The notes: generated by a model not told the origin, from the letters alone. A stretch of DNA of 64,000 nucleotides from Eledone cirrhosa (GCA_964016885.1 OZ024741.1:248806001-248870000); one strand, 5' to 3'; positions 14,291 to 26,815 are shown, numbered from the stretch's first letter. Made by a program: numbers and translations.

Positions 14291-16213
14291 GGGAGAAAAT
14301 TTCCAGCCAGCAAAGGGGAGATAATTTGTAAAAAAATCAGGGGGAGATAATTTGTAAAAAAAAAATCAGGGGGAGATAATTTGTAAAAAAATCAGGGGGA
14401 GATAATTTGTAAAAAAAAAATCAGGGGGAGATAATTTGTAAAAAAAATCAGGGGGAGATAATTTGTAGAAAAAATCAGGGGTAGATAATTTGTAAAAAAA
14501 ATCAGGGGGAGATAATTTGTAAAAAAAATCAGGGGGATATAATTTGTAAAAAAAATCAGGGGTAGATAATTTTCAGCCGTCCAAGGGGAGATAATTTCCA
14601 TCCTTCCAAGGGGAGATAATTTCCAGCCGTCCAAGGGGAGATAATTTCCCGCCAGCCAAGGAGAGATAACATTTAAAAAAATCAGGCGGAGATAATTTGT
14701 AAAAAAAATCAGGGGGAGATAATTTGTAAAAAAATCAGGGGGAGATAATTTGTAAAAAAAATCAGGGGTAGATAATTTCCAGCCGTCCAAGGGGAGATAA
14801 TTTTTTTAAAAAAATCAGGCGGAGATAATTTGTAAACAAAAATCAGGGGGAGATAATTTGTAAAAAAAAATCAGGGGGAGATAATTTGTAAAAAAAAAAT
14901 CAGGGGGTGATAATTTGTAAAAAAATCAAGGGGAGATAATTTCCAGCCGTCCAAGGGGAGATAATTTTCAGCCGTCCAAGGAGAGGTAATTTCTAGCCGT
15001 CCAAGGGGAGATAATTTCCAGCCAGCCAAGGGGAGATAATTTGTAAAAAAATCAGGGGTAGATAATTTGTAAAAAAAAATCAGGGGGAGATAATTTGTAA
15101 AAAAAATCAGGGGGAGATAATTTGTAAAAAAAATCAGGGGTAGATAATTTCCAGCCGTCCAAGGGGAGATAATTTCCATCCTTCCAAGGGGAGATAATTT
15201 CCAGCCGTCCAAGGGGAGATAATTTCCCGCCAGCCAAGGAGAGATAACATTTAAAAAAATCAGGCGGAGATAATTTGTAAAAAAAATCAGGGGGAGATAA
15301 TTTGTAAAAAAATCAGGGGGAGATAATTTGTAAAAAAAAAATCAGGGGGAGATAATTTGTAAAAAAAATCAGGGGGAGATAATTTGTAAAAAAAATCAGG
15401 GGTAGATAATTTGTAAAAAAAATCAGAGGGAGATAATTTGTAAAAAAAATCAGGGGGAGATAATTTGTAAAAAAAATCAGGGGTAGATAATTTCCAGCCG
15501 TCCAAGGGGAGATAATTTCCATCCTTCCAAGGGGAGATAATTTCCAACCGTCCAAGGGGAGATAATTTCCCGCCAGCCAAGGAGAGATAACATTTAAAAA
15601 AATCAGGCGGAGATAATTTGTAAAAAAAATCAGGGGGAGATAATTTGTAAAAAAATCAGGAGATAATTTGTAAAAAAAATCAGGGGTAGATAATTTCCAG
15701 CCGTCCAAGGGGAGATAATTTCCATCCTTCCAAGGGGAGATAATTTCCAGCCGTCCAAGGGGAGATAATTTCCCGCCAGCCAAGGAGAGATAATATTTAA
15801 AAAAATCAGGCGGAGATAATTTGTAAAAAAAATCAGGGGGAGATAATTTGTAAAAAAATCAGGGGGAGATAATTTGTAAAAAAAAATCAGGGGGAGATAA
15901 TTTGTAAAAAAAATCAGGGGGAGATAATTTGTAAAAAAAATCAGGGGTAGATAATTTGTAAAAAAAAATCAGGGGGAGATAATTTGTAAAAAAAAAATCA
16001 GGGGGAGATAATTTGTAAAAAAATCAAGGGGAGATAATTTCCAGCCGTCCAAGGGGAGATAATTTTCAGCCGTCCAAGGGGAGATAATTTTTTTTAAAAA
16101 ATCAGGCGGAGATAATTTGTAAACAAAAATCAGGGGGAGATAATTTGTAAAAAAAAATCAGGGGGAGATAATTTGTAAAAAAAAATCAGGGGGAGATAAT
16201 TTGTAAAAAAAAT

Positions 16214-16437
16214 CAAGGGGAGATAATTTCCAGCCGTCCAAGGGGAGGTAATATCTAGCCATCCAAGGGGAGATAATTTCCAGCCGTCCAAGGGGAGATA
16301 ATTTCCAGCCGTCCAAGGGGAGATAATATCCAGCCGTCCAAGGAGACATATTTTCCAGCCGTCCAAGGAGAGGTAATTTCTAGCCGTCCAAGGGGAGATA
16401 AGTTCCTGCCTCCAAGGGGAGATAATTTCCAGCCAGC
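16214..16437 (+). repeat. Module R: nine ordered A-type variants (224 bp), representative copy
   Basis: Fixed order: standard, GAGGTAATATCTAGCCATCC, standard, standard, AATATCC, GAGACATATTTTCC, GAGAGGTAATTTCTAG, 24-bp AAGTTCC(A/T)GCCTCC, CCAGCCAGCC. It recurs throughout the window. Confidence 0.92.
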
Positions 16438-16682
16438 CAAGGGGAGATAATTTGTAAAAAAATCAGGGGGAGATAATTTGTAAAAAAAAAATCAGGGGGA
16501 GATAATTTGTAAAAAAATCAGGGGGAGATAATTTGTAAAAAAAAAATCAGGGGGAGATAATTTGTAAAAAAAATCAGGGGGAGATAATTTGTAGAAAAAA
16601 TCAGGGGTAGATAATTTGTAAAAAAAATCAGGGGGAGATAATTTGTAAAAAAAATCAGGGGGAGATAATTTGTAAAAAAAAT

Positions 16683-17014
16683 CAGGGGTAGATAATTTTC
16701 AGCCCTCCAAGGGGAGATAATTTCCATCCTTCCAAGGGGAGATAATTTCCAGCCGTCCAAGGGGAGATAATTTCCCGCCAGCCAAGGAGAGATAACATTT
16801 AAAAAAATCAGGCGGAGATAATTTGTAAAAAAAATCAGGGGGAGATAATTTGTAAAAAAATCAGGGGGAGATAATTTGTAAAAAAAATCAGGGGTAGATA
16901 ATTTCCAGCCGTCCAAGGGGAGATAATTTCCATCCTTCCAAGGGGAGATAATTTCCAGCCGTCCAAGGGGAGATAATTTCCCGCCAGCCAAGGAGAGATA
17001 ATATTTAAAAAAAT
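16683..17014 (+). repeat. Module P doublet: two 4-monomer A blocks 206 bp apart, representative copy
   Basis: The order GGGGTAGATAATTT(T/C)C, CCATCCTTCC, standard, CCCGCCAGCCAAGGAGAG is repeated at 206 bp (ORF-track starts 2017/2223, 8138/8344, 13403/13609, 27528/27734). The first copy ends ATAACATTT and the second ATAATATTT. Confidence 0.92.
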
Positions 17015-17232
17015 CAGGCGGAGATAATTTGTAAAAAAAATCAGGGGGAGATAATTTGTAAAAAAATCAGGGGGAGATAATTTGTAAAAAAAAATCAGGG
17101 GGAGATAATTTGTAAAAAAAATCAGGGGGAGATAATTTGTAAAAAAAAATCAGGGGTAGATAATTTGTAAAAAAAAATCAGGGGGAGATAATTTGTAAAA
17201 AAAAATCAGGGGGAGATAATTTGTAAAAAAAT

Positions 17233-17360
17233 CAAGGGGAGATAATTTCCAGCCGTCCAAGGGGAGATAATTTTCAGCCGTCCAAGGAGAGGTAATTTCT
17301 AGCCGTCCAAGGGGAGATAATTTCCAGCCGTCCAAGGGGAGATAATTTTTTTAAAAAAAT
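17233..17360 (+). repeat. Module Q: four A monomers plus a T7A7 junction monomer, representative copy
   Basis: Order: standard, ATTTTCAGCC, GAGAGGTAATTTCTAGCC, standard, then ATAATTTTTTTAAAAAAATCAGGCGG and GTAAACAAAAA. Confidence 0.9.
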
Positions 17361-17471
17361 CAGGCGGAGATAATTTGTAAACAAAAATCAGGGGGAGATA
17401 ATTTGTAAAAAAAAATCAGGGGGAGATAATTTGTAAAAAAAAATCAGGGGGAGATAATTTGTAAAAAAAAT

Positions 17472-19230
17472 CAAGGGGAGATAATTTCCAGCCGTCCAAG
17501 GGGAGGTAATATCTAGCCATCCAAGGGGAGATAATTTCCAGCCGTCCAAGGGGAGATAATTTCCAGCCGTCCAAGGGGAGATAATATCCAGCCGTCCAAG
17601 GAGACATATTTTCCAGCCGTCCAAGGAGACGTAATTTCTAGCCGTCCAAGGGGAGATAAGTTCCAGCCTCCAAGGGGAGATAATTTCCAGCCAGCCAAGG
17701 GGAGATAATTTGTAAAAAAATTAGGGGGAGATAATTTGTAAAAAAAAATTAGGGGGAGATAATTTGTAAAAAAAAATCAGGGGGAGATAATTTGTAAAAA
17801 AAAATCAGGGGGAGATAATTTGTAAAAAAAAATCAGGGGGAGATAATTTGTAAAAAAAAAATCAGGCGGAGATAATTTGTAAAAAAATCAAGGGGAGATA
17901 ATTTCCAGCCGTCCAAGGGGAGATAATTTTCAGCCGTCCAAGGAGAGGTAATTTCTAGCCGTCCAAGGGGAGATAATTTCCAGCCGTCCAAGGGGAGATA
18001 ATTTTTTTAAAAAAATCAGGCGGAGATAATTTGTAAACAAAAATCAGGGGGAGATAATTTGTAGAAAAAAATCAGGGGGAGATAATTTGTAAAAAAAATC
18101 AGGGGGAGATAATTTGTAAAAAAAATCAAGGGGAGATAATTTGTAAAAAAAAATCAGGGGTAGATAATTTGTAAAAAAAAATCAGTGGGAGATAATTTGT
18201 AAAAAAAAAATCAGGGGGAGATAATTTGTAAAAAAATCAAGGGGAGATAATTTCCAGCCGTCCAAGGGGAGATAATTTTCAGCCGTCCAAGGAGAGGTAA
18301 TTTCTAGCCGTCCAAGGGGAGATAATTTCCAGCCAGCCAAGGGGAGATAATTTGTAAAAAAATCAGGGGTAGATAATTTGTAAAAAAAAATCAGGGGGAG
18401 ATAATTTGTAAAAAAAATCAGGGGGAGATAATTTGTAAAAAAAATCAGGGGTAGATAATTTCCAGCCGTCCAAGGGGAGATAATTTCCATCCTTCCAAGG
18501 GGAGATAATTTCCAGCCGTCCAAGGGGAGATAATTTCCCGCCAGCCAAGGAGAGATAACATTTAAAAAAATCAGGCGGATTAATTTGTAAAAAAAATCAG
18601 GGGGAGATAATTTGTAAAAAAATCAGGGGGAGATAATTTGTAAAAAAAATCAGGGGTAGATAATTTCCAGCCGTCCAAGGGGAGATAATTTCCATCCTTC
18701 CAAGGGGAGATAATTTCCAGCCGTCCAAGGGGAGATAATTTCCCGCCAGCCAAGGAGAGATAATATTTAAAAAAATCAGGCGGAGATAATTTGTAAAAAA
18801 AATCAGGGGGAGATAATTTGTAAAAAAATCAGGGGGAGATAATTTGTAAAAAAAAATCAGGGGAGATAATTTGTAAAAAAAATCAGGGGGAGATAATTTG
18901 TAAAAAAAAATCAGGGGTAGATAATTTGTAAAAAAAATCAGGGGGAGATAAATTGTAAAAAAAAAATCAGGGGGAGATAATTTGTAAAAAAATCAAGGGG
19001 AGATAATTTCCAGCCGTCCAAGGGGAGATAATTTTCAGCCGTCCAAGGAGGTAATTTCTAGCCGTCCAAGGGGAGATAATTTCCAGCCGTCCAAGGGGAG
19101 ATAATTTTTTTAAAAAAATCAGGCGGAGATAATTTGTAAACAAAAATCAGGGGGAGATAATTTGTAAAAAAAAATCAGGGGGAGATAATTTGTAAAAAAA
19201 AATCAGGGGGAGATAATTTGTAAAAAAAAT
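17472..19230 (+). repeat. Long HOR variant, 1,759 bp (R-B-Q-B-Q'-B-P-B-P-B-Q[2-bp deletion]-B), representative copy
   Basis: R-to-R spacing is 1,759 here, 1,757 (21369-23126), 1,706 (32108-33814 and 37978-39684) and 1,870 (42200-44070). It is marked by GGAGACGTAA in R, followed by AAAATTAGG B monomers, and by CCAAGGAGGTAA in the last Q. Confidence 0.85.
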
Positions 19231-22200
19231 CAAGGGGAGATAATTTCCAGCCGTCCAAGGGGAGGTAATATCTAGCCATCCAAGGGGAGATAATTTCCAG
19301 CCGTCCAAGGGGAGATAATTTCCAGCCGTCCAAGGGGAGATAATATCCAGCCGTCCAAGGAGACATATTTTCCAGCCGTCCAAGGAGAGGTAATTTCTAG
19401 CCGTCCAAGGGGAGATAAGTTCCAGCCTCCAAGGGGAGATAATTTCCAGCCAGCCAAGGGGAGATAATTTGTAAAAAAATCAGGGGGAGATAATTTGTAA
19501 AAAAAAAATCAGGGGGAGATAATTTGTAAAAAAATCAGGGGGAGATAATTTGTAAAAAAAAAATCAGGGGGAGATAATTTGTAAAAAAAATCAGGGGGAG
19601 ATAATTTGTAGAAAAAATCAGGGGTAGATAATTTGTAAAAAAAATCAGGGGGAGATAATTTGTAAAAAAAATCAGGGGGAGATAATTTGTAAAAAAAATC
19701 AGGGGTAGATAATTTTCAGCCGTCCAAGGGTAGATAATTTCCATCCTTCCAAGGGGAGATAATTTCCAGCCGTCCAAGGGGAGATAATTTCCCGCCAGCC
19801 AAGGAGAGATAACATTTAAAAAAATCAGGCGGAGATAATTTGTAAAAAAAATCAGGGGGAGATAATTTGTAAAAAAATCAGGGGGAGATAATTTGTAAAA
19901 AAAATCAGGGGTAGATAATTTCCAGCCGTCCAAGGGGAGATAATTTCCATCCTTCCAAGGGGAGATAATTTCCAGCCGTCCAAGGGGAGATAATTTCCCG
20001 CCAGCCAAGGAGAGATAATATTTAAAAAAATCAGGCGGAGATAATTTGTAAAAAAAATCAGGGGGAGATAATTTGTAAAAAAATCAGGGGGAGATAATTT
20101 GTAAACAAAAATCAGGGGGAGATAATTTGTAAAAAAAAATCAGGGGGAGATAATTTGTAAAAAAAAATCAGGGGAAGATAATTTGTAAAAAAAATCAAGG
20201 GGAGATAATTTCCAGCCGTCCAAGGGGAGGTAATATCTAGCCATCCAAGGGGAGATAATTTCCAGCCGTCCAAGGGGAGATAATTTCCAGCCGTCCAAGG
20301 GGAGATAATATCCAGCCGTCCAAGGAGACATATTTTCCAGCCGTCCAAGGAGAGGTAATTTCTAGCCGTCCAAGGGGAGATAAGTTCCTGCCTCCAAGGG
20401 GAGATAATTTCCAGCCAGCCAAGGGGAGATAATTTGTAAAAAAATCAGGGGGAGATAATTTGTAAAAAAAAATCAGGGGGAGATAATTTGTAAAAAAATC
20501 AGGGGGAGATAATTTGTAAAAAAAAAATCAGGGGGAGATAATTTGTAAAAAAAATCAGGGGGAGATAATTTGTAAAAAAAATCAGGGGTAGATAATTTGT
20601 AAAAAAAATCAGGGGGAGATAATTTGTAAAAAAAATCAGGGGGAGATAATTTGTAAAAAAAATCAGGGGTAGATAATTTTCAGCCCTCCAAGGGGAGATA
20701 ATTTCCATCCTTCCAAGGGGAGATAATTTCCAGCCGTCCAAGGGGAGATAATTTCCCGCCAGCCAAGGAGAGATAACATTTAAAAAAATCAGGCGGAGAT
20801 AATTTGTAAAAAAAATCAGGGGGAGATAATTTGTAAAAAAATCAGGGGGAGATAATTTGTAAAAAAAATCAGGGGTAGATAATTTCCAGCCGTCCAAGGG
20901 GAGATAATTTCCATCCTTCCAAGGGGAGATAATTTCCAGCCGTCCAAGGGGAGATAATTTCCCGCCAGCCAAGGAGAGATAATATTTAAAAAAATCAGGC
21001 GGAGATAATTTGTAAAAAAATTCAGGGGGAGATAATTTGTAAAAAAATCAGGGGGAGATAATTTGTAAAAAAAAATCAGGGGGAGATAATTTGTAAAAAA
21101 AATCAGGGGGAGATAATTTGTAAAAAAAAATCAGGGGTAGATAATTTGTAAAAAAAAATCAGGGGGAGATAATTTGTAAAAAAAAATCAGGGGGAGATAA
21201 TTTGTAAAAAAATCAAGGGGAGATAATTTCCAGCCGTCCAAGGGGAGATAATTTTCAGCCGTCCAAGGAGAGGTAATTTCTAGCCGTCCAAGGGGAGATA
21301 ATTTCCAGCCGTCCAAGGGGAGATAATTTTTTTAAAAAAATCAGGCGGAGATAATTTGTAAACAAAAATCAGGGGGAGATAATTTGTAAAAAAAAATCAG
21401 GGGGAGATAATTTGTAAAAAAAAATCAGGGGGAGATAATTTGTAAAAAAAATCAAGGGGAGATAATTTCCAGCCGTCCAAGGGGAGGTAATATCTAGCCA
21501 TCCAAGGGGAGATAATTTCCAGCCGTCCAAGGGGAGATAATTTCCAGCCGTCCAAGGGGAGATAATATCCAGCCGTCCAAGGAGACATATTTTCCAGCCG
21601 TCCAAGGAGACGTAATTTCTAGCCGTCCAAGGGGAGATAAGTTCCAGCCTCCAAGGGGAGATAATTTCCAGCCAGCCAAGGGGAGATAATTTGTAAAAAA
21701 ATTAGGGGGAGATAATTTGTAAAAAAAAATTAGGGGGAGATAATTTGTAAAAAAAAATCAGGGGGAGATAATTTGTAAAAAAAAATCAGGGGGAGATAAT
21801 TTGTAAAAAAAAATCAGGGGGAGATAATTTGTAAAAAAAAAATCAGGCGGAGATAATTTGTAAAAAAATCAAGGGGAGATAATTTCCAGCCGTCCAAGGG
21901 GAGATAATTTTCAGCCGTCCAAGGAGAGGTAATTTCTAGCCGTCCAAGGGGAGATAATTTCCAGCCGTCCAAGGGGAGATAATTTTTTTAAAAAAATCAG
22001 GCGGAGATAATTTGTAAACAAAAATCAGGGGGAGATAATTTGTAAAAAAAAATCAGGGGGAGATAATTTGTAAAAAAAATCAGGGAGATAATTTGTAAAA
22101 AAAATCAAGGGGAGATAATTTGTAAAAAAAAATCAGGGGTAGATAATTTGTAAAAAAAAATCAGTGGGAGATAATTTGTAAAAAAAAAATCAGGGGGAGA

Positions 22201-24939
22201 TAATTTGTAAAAAAATCAAGGGGAGATAATTTCCAGCCGTCCAAGGGGAGATAATTTTCAGCCGTCCAAGGAGAGGTAATTTCTAGCCGTCCAAGGGGAG
22301 ATAATTTCCAGCCAGCCAAGGGGAGATAATTTGTAAAAAAATCAGGGGTAGATAATTTGTAAAAAAAAATCAGGGGGAGATAATTTGTAAAAAAAATCAG
22401 GGGGAGATAATTTGTAAAAAAAATCAGGGGTAGATAATTTCCAGCCGTCCAAGGGGAGATAATTTCCATCCTTCCAAGGGGAGATAATTTCCAGCCGTCC
22501 AAGGGGAGATAATTTCCCGCCAGCCAAGGAGAGATAACATTTAAAAAAATCAGGCGGATTAATTTGTAAAAAAAATCAGGGGGAGATAATTTGTAAAAAA
22601 ATCAGGGGGAGATAATTTGTAAAAAAAATCAGGGGTAGATAATTTCCAGCCGTCCAAGGGGAGATAATTTCCATCCTTCCAAGGGGAGATAATTTCCAGC
22701 CGTCCAAGGGGAGATAATTTCCCGCCAGCCAAGGAGAGATAATATTTAAAAAAATCAGGCGGAGATAATTTGTAAAAAAAATCAGGGGGAGATAATTTGT
22801 AAAAAAATCAGGGGGAGATAATTTGTAAAAAAAAATCAGGGGAGATAATTTGTAAAAAAAATCAGGGGGAGATAATTTGTAAAAAAAAATCAGGGGTAGA
22901 TAATTTGTAAAAAAAATCAGGGGGAGATAAATTGTAAAAAAAAAATCAGGGGGAGATAATTTGTAAAAAAATCAAGGGGAGATAATTTCCAGCCGTCCAA
23001 GGGGAGATAATTTTCAGCCGTCCAAGGAGGTAATTTCTAGCCGTCCAAGGGGAGATAATTTCCAGCCGTCCAAGGGGAGATAATTTTTTTAAAAAAATCA
23101 GGCGGAGATAATTTGTAAACAAAAATCAGGGGGAGATAATTTGTAAAAAAAAATCAGGGGGAGATAATTTGTAAAAAAAAATCAGGGGGAGATAATTTGT
23201 AAAAAAAATCAAGGGGAGATAATTTCCAGCCGTCCAAGGGGAGGTAATATCTAGCCATCCAAGGGGAGATAATTTCCAGCCGTCCAAGGGGAGATAATTT
23301 CCAGCCGTCCAAGGGGAGATAATATCCAGCCGTCCAAGGAGACATATTTTCCAGCCGTCCAAGGAGAGGTAATTTCTAGCCGTCCAAGGGGAGATAAGTT
23401 CCAGCCTCCAAGGGGAGATAATTTCCAGCCAGCCAAGGGGAGATAATTTGTAAAAAAATCAGGGGGAGATAATTTGTAAAAAAAAAATCAGGGGGAGATA
23501 ATTTGTAAAAAAATCAGGGGGAGATAATTTGTAAAAAAAAAATCAGGGGGAGATAATTTGTAAAAAAAATCAGGGGGAGATAATTTGTAGAAAAAATCAG
23601 GGGTAGATAATTTGTAAAAAAAATCAGGGGGAGATAATTTGTAAAAAAAATCAGGGGGAGATAATTTGTAAAAAAAATCAGGGGTAGATAATTTTCAGCC
23701 GTCCAAGGGGAGATAATTTCCATCCTTCCAAGGGGAGATAATTTCCAGCCGTCCAAGGGGAGATAATTTCCCGCCAGCCAAGGAGAGATAACATTTAAAA
23801 AAATCAGGCGGAGATAATTTGTAAAAAAAATCAGGGGGAGATAATTTGTAAAAAAATCAGGGGGAGATAATTTGTAAAAAAAATCAGGGGTAGATAATTT
23901 CCAGCCGTCCAAGGGGAGATAATTTCCATCCTTCCAAGGGGAGATAATTTCCAGCCGTCCAAGGGGAGATAATTTCCCGCCAGCCAAGGAGAGATAATAT
24001 TTAAAAAAATCAGGCGGAGATAATTTGTAAAAAAAATCAGGGGGAGATAATTTGTAAAAAAATCAGGGGGAGATAATTTGTAAAAAAAAATCAGGGGGAG
24101 ATAATTTGTAAAAAAAATCAGGGGGAGATAATTTGTAAAAAAAATCAGGGGTAGATAATTTGTAAAAAAAAATCAGGGGGAGATAATTTGTAAAAAAAAA
24201 ATCAGGAGGAGATAATTTGTAAAAAAATCAAGGGGAGATAATTTCCAGCCGTCCAAGGGGAGATAATTTTCAGCCGTCCAAGGAGAGGTAATTTCTAGCC
24301 GTCCAAGGGGAGATAATTTCCAGCCGTCCAAGGGGAGATAATTTTTTTTAAAAAATCAGGCGGAGATAATTTGTAAACAAAAATCAGGGGGAGATAATTT
24401 GTAAAAAAAAATCAGGGGGAGATAATTTGTAAAAAAAAATCAGGGGGAGATAATTTGTAAAAAAAATCAAGGGGAGATAATTTCCAGCCGTCCAAGGGGA
24501 GGTAATATCTAGCCATCCAAGGGGAGATAATTTCCAGCCGTCCAAGGGGAGATAATTTCCAGCCGTCCAAGGGGAGATAATATCCAGCCGTCCAAGGAGA
24601 CATATTTTCCAGCCGTCCAAGGAGAGGTAATTTCTAGCCGTCCAAGGGGAGATAAGTTCCAGCCTCCAAGGGGAGATAATTTCCAGCCAGCCAAGGGGAG
24701 ATAATTTGTAAAAAAATCAGGGGGAGATAATTTGTAAAAAAAAAATCAGGGGGAGATAATTTGTAAAAAAAATCAGGGGGAGATAATTTGTAAAAAAAAT
24801 CAGGGGTAGATAATTTGTAAAAAAAATCAGGGGGAGATAATTTGTAAAAAAAATCAGGGGGAGATAATTTGTAAAAAAAATCAGGGGTAGATAATTTTCA
24901 GCCGTCCAAGGGGAGATAATTTCCATCCTTCCAAGGGGA

Positions 24940-26815
24940 GATAATTTCCAGCCGTCCAAGGGGAGATAATTTCCCGCCAGCCAAGGAGAGATAACATTTA
25001 AAAAAATCAGGCGGAGATAATTTGTAAAAAAAATCAGGGGGAGATAATTTGTAAAAAAATCAGGGGGAGATAATTTGTAAAAAAAATCAGGGGTAGATAA
25101 TTTCCAGCCGTCCAAGGGGAGATAATTTCCATCCTTCCAAGGGGAGATAATTTCCAGCCGTCCAAGGGGAGATAATTTCCCGCCAGCCAAGGAGAGATAA
25201 TATTTAAAAAAATCAGGCGGAGATAATTTGTAAAAAAAATCAGGGGGAGATAATTTGTAAAAAAATCAGGGGGAGATAATTTGTAAAAAAAAATCAGGGG
25301 GAGATAATTTGTAAAAAAAATCAGGGGGAGATAATTTGTAAAAAAAAATCAGGGGTAGATAATTTGTAAAAAAAAATCAGGGGGAGATAATTTGTAAAAA
25401 AAAATCAGGGGGAGATAATTTGTAAAAAAATCAAGGGGAGATAATTTCCAGCCGTCCAAGGGGAGATAATTTTCAGCCGTCCAAGGAGAGGTAATTTCTA
25501 GCCGTCCAAGGGGAGATAATTTCCAGCCGTCCAAGGGGAGATAATTTTTTTAAAAAAATCAGGCGGAGATAATTTGTAAACAAAAATCAGGGGGAGATAA
25601 TTTGTAAAAAAAAATCAGGGGGAGATAATTTGTAAAAAAAAATCAGGGGGAGATAATTTGTAAAAAAAATCAAGGGGAGATAATTTCCAGCCGTCTAAGG
25701 GGAGGTAATATCTAGCCATCCAAGGGGAGATAATTTCCAGCCGTCCAAGGGGAGATAATTTCCAGCCGTCCAAGGGGAGATAATATCCAGCCGTCCAAGG
25801 AGACATATTTTCCAGCCGTCCAAGGAGACGTAATTTCTAGCCGTCCAAGGGGAGATAAGTTCCAGCCTCCAAGGGGAGATAATTTCCAGCCGTCCAAGGG
25901 GAGATAATTTCCCGCCAGCCAAGGAGAGATAACATTTAAAAAAATCAGGCGGAGATAATTTGTAAAAAAAATCAGGGGGAGATAATTTGTAAAAAAATCA
26001 GGGGGAGATAATTTGTAAAAAAAATCAGGGGTAGATAATTTCCAGCCGTCCAAGGGGAGATAATTTCCATCCTTCCAAGGGGAGATAATTTCCAGCCGTC
26101 CAAGGGGAGATAATTTCCCGCCAGCCAAGGAGAGATAATATTAAAAAAAATCAGGCGGAGATAATTTGTAAAAAAAATCAGGGGGAGATAATTTGTAAAA
26201 AAATCAGGGGGAGATAATTTGTAAAAAAAAATCAGGGGGAGATAATTTGTAAAAAAAATCAGGGGGAGATAATTTGTAAAAAAAAATCAGGGGTAGATAA
26301 TTTGTAAAAAAAAATCGGGGGGAGATAATTTGTAAAAAAAAATCAGGGGGAGATAATTTGTAAAAAAATCAAGGGGAGATAATTTCCAGCCGTCCAAGGG
26401 GAGATAATTTTCAGCCGTCCAAGGAGAGGTAATTTCTAGCCGTCCAAGGGGAGATAATTTCCAGCCGTCCAAGGGGAGATAATTTTTTTAAAAAAATCAG
26501 GCGGAGATAATTTGTAAACAAAAATCAGGGGGAGATAATTTGTAAAAAAAAATCAGGGGGAGATAATTTGTAAAAAAAAATCAGGGGGAGATAATATGTA
26601 AAAAAAATCAAGGGGAGATAATTTCCAGCCGTCTAAGGGGAGGTAATATCTAGCCATCCAAGGGGAGATAATTTCCAGCCGTCCAAGGGGAGATAATTTC
26701 CAGCCGTCCAAGGGGAGATAATATCCAGCCGTCCAAGGAGACATATTTTCCAGCCGTCCAAGGAGACGTAATTTCTAGCCGTCCAAGGGGAGATAAGTTC
26801 CAGCCTCCAAGGGGA
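24940..26815 (+). repeat. Tandem duplication of 938 bp
   Basis: Offsets 25190/26128, 25349/26287 and 25615/26553. Shared CCGTCTAAGGGGAGG (25696/26634). R-to-P hybrid junction at ~25860-25920. Confidence 0.82.

Larger units (their letters stand above)
16214..17471 (+). repeat. Canonical 1,258-bp higher-order repeat unit (48 monomers: R[9A]-9B-P[4A]-4B-P[4A]-9B-Q[4A]-5B), representative copy
   Basis: Summed by hand: 524 bp of A monomers + 245 + 106 + 244 + 139 bp of B runs = 1,258. The same spacing of equivalent ORF-track landmarks recurs: 16130-17388, 20112-21369, 23126-24384, 28364-29622, 33814-35072, 39684-40941, 40941-42200, 49535-50793 (1,257-1,259 bp). Confidence 0.93.
16110..24080 (+). 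repeat. Tandem duplication of about 3.98 kb
   Basis: ORF-track offsets of 3,979-3,982 (16130/20112, 17388/21369, 18182/22161, 19535/23514). Shared rare variants CAGTGGGA (18186/22165), GGCGGATTAA (~18580/22559) and GATAAATTG (~18950/22929). Confidence 0.9.
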
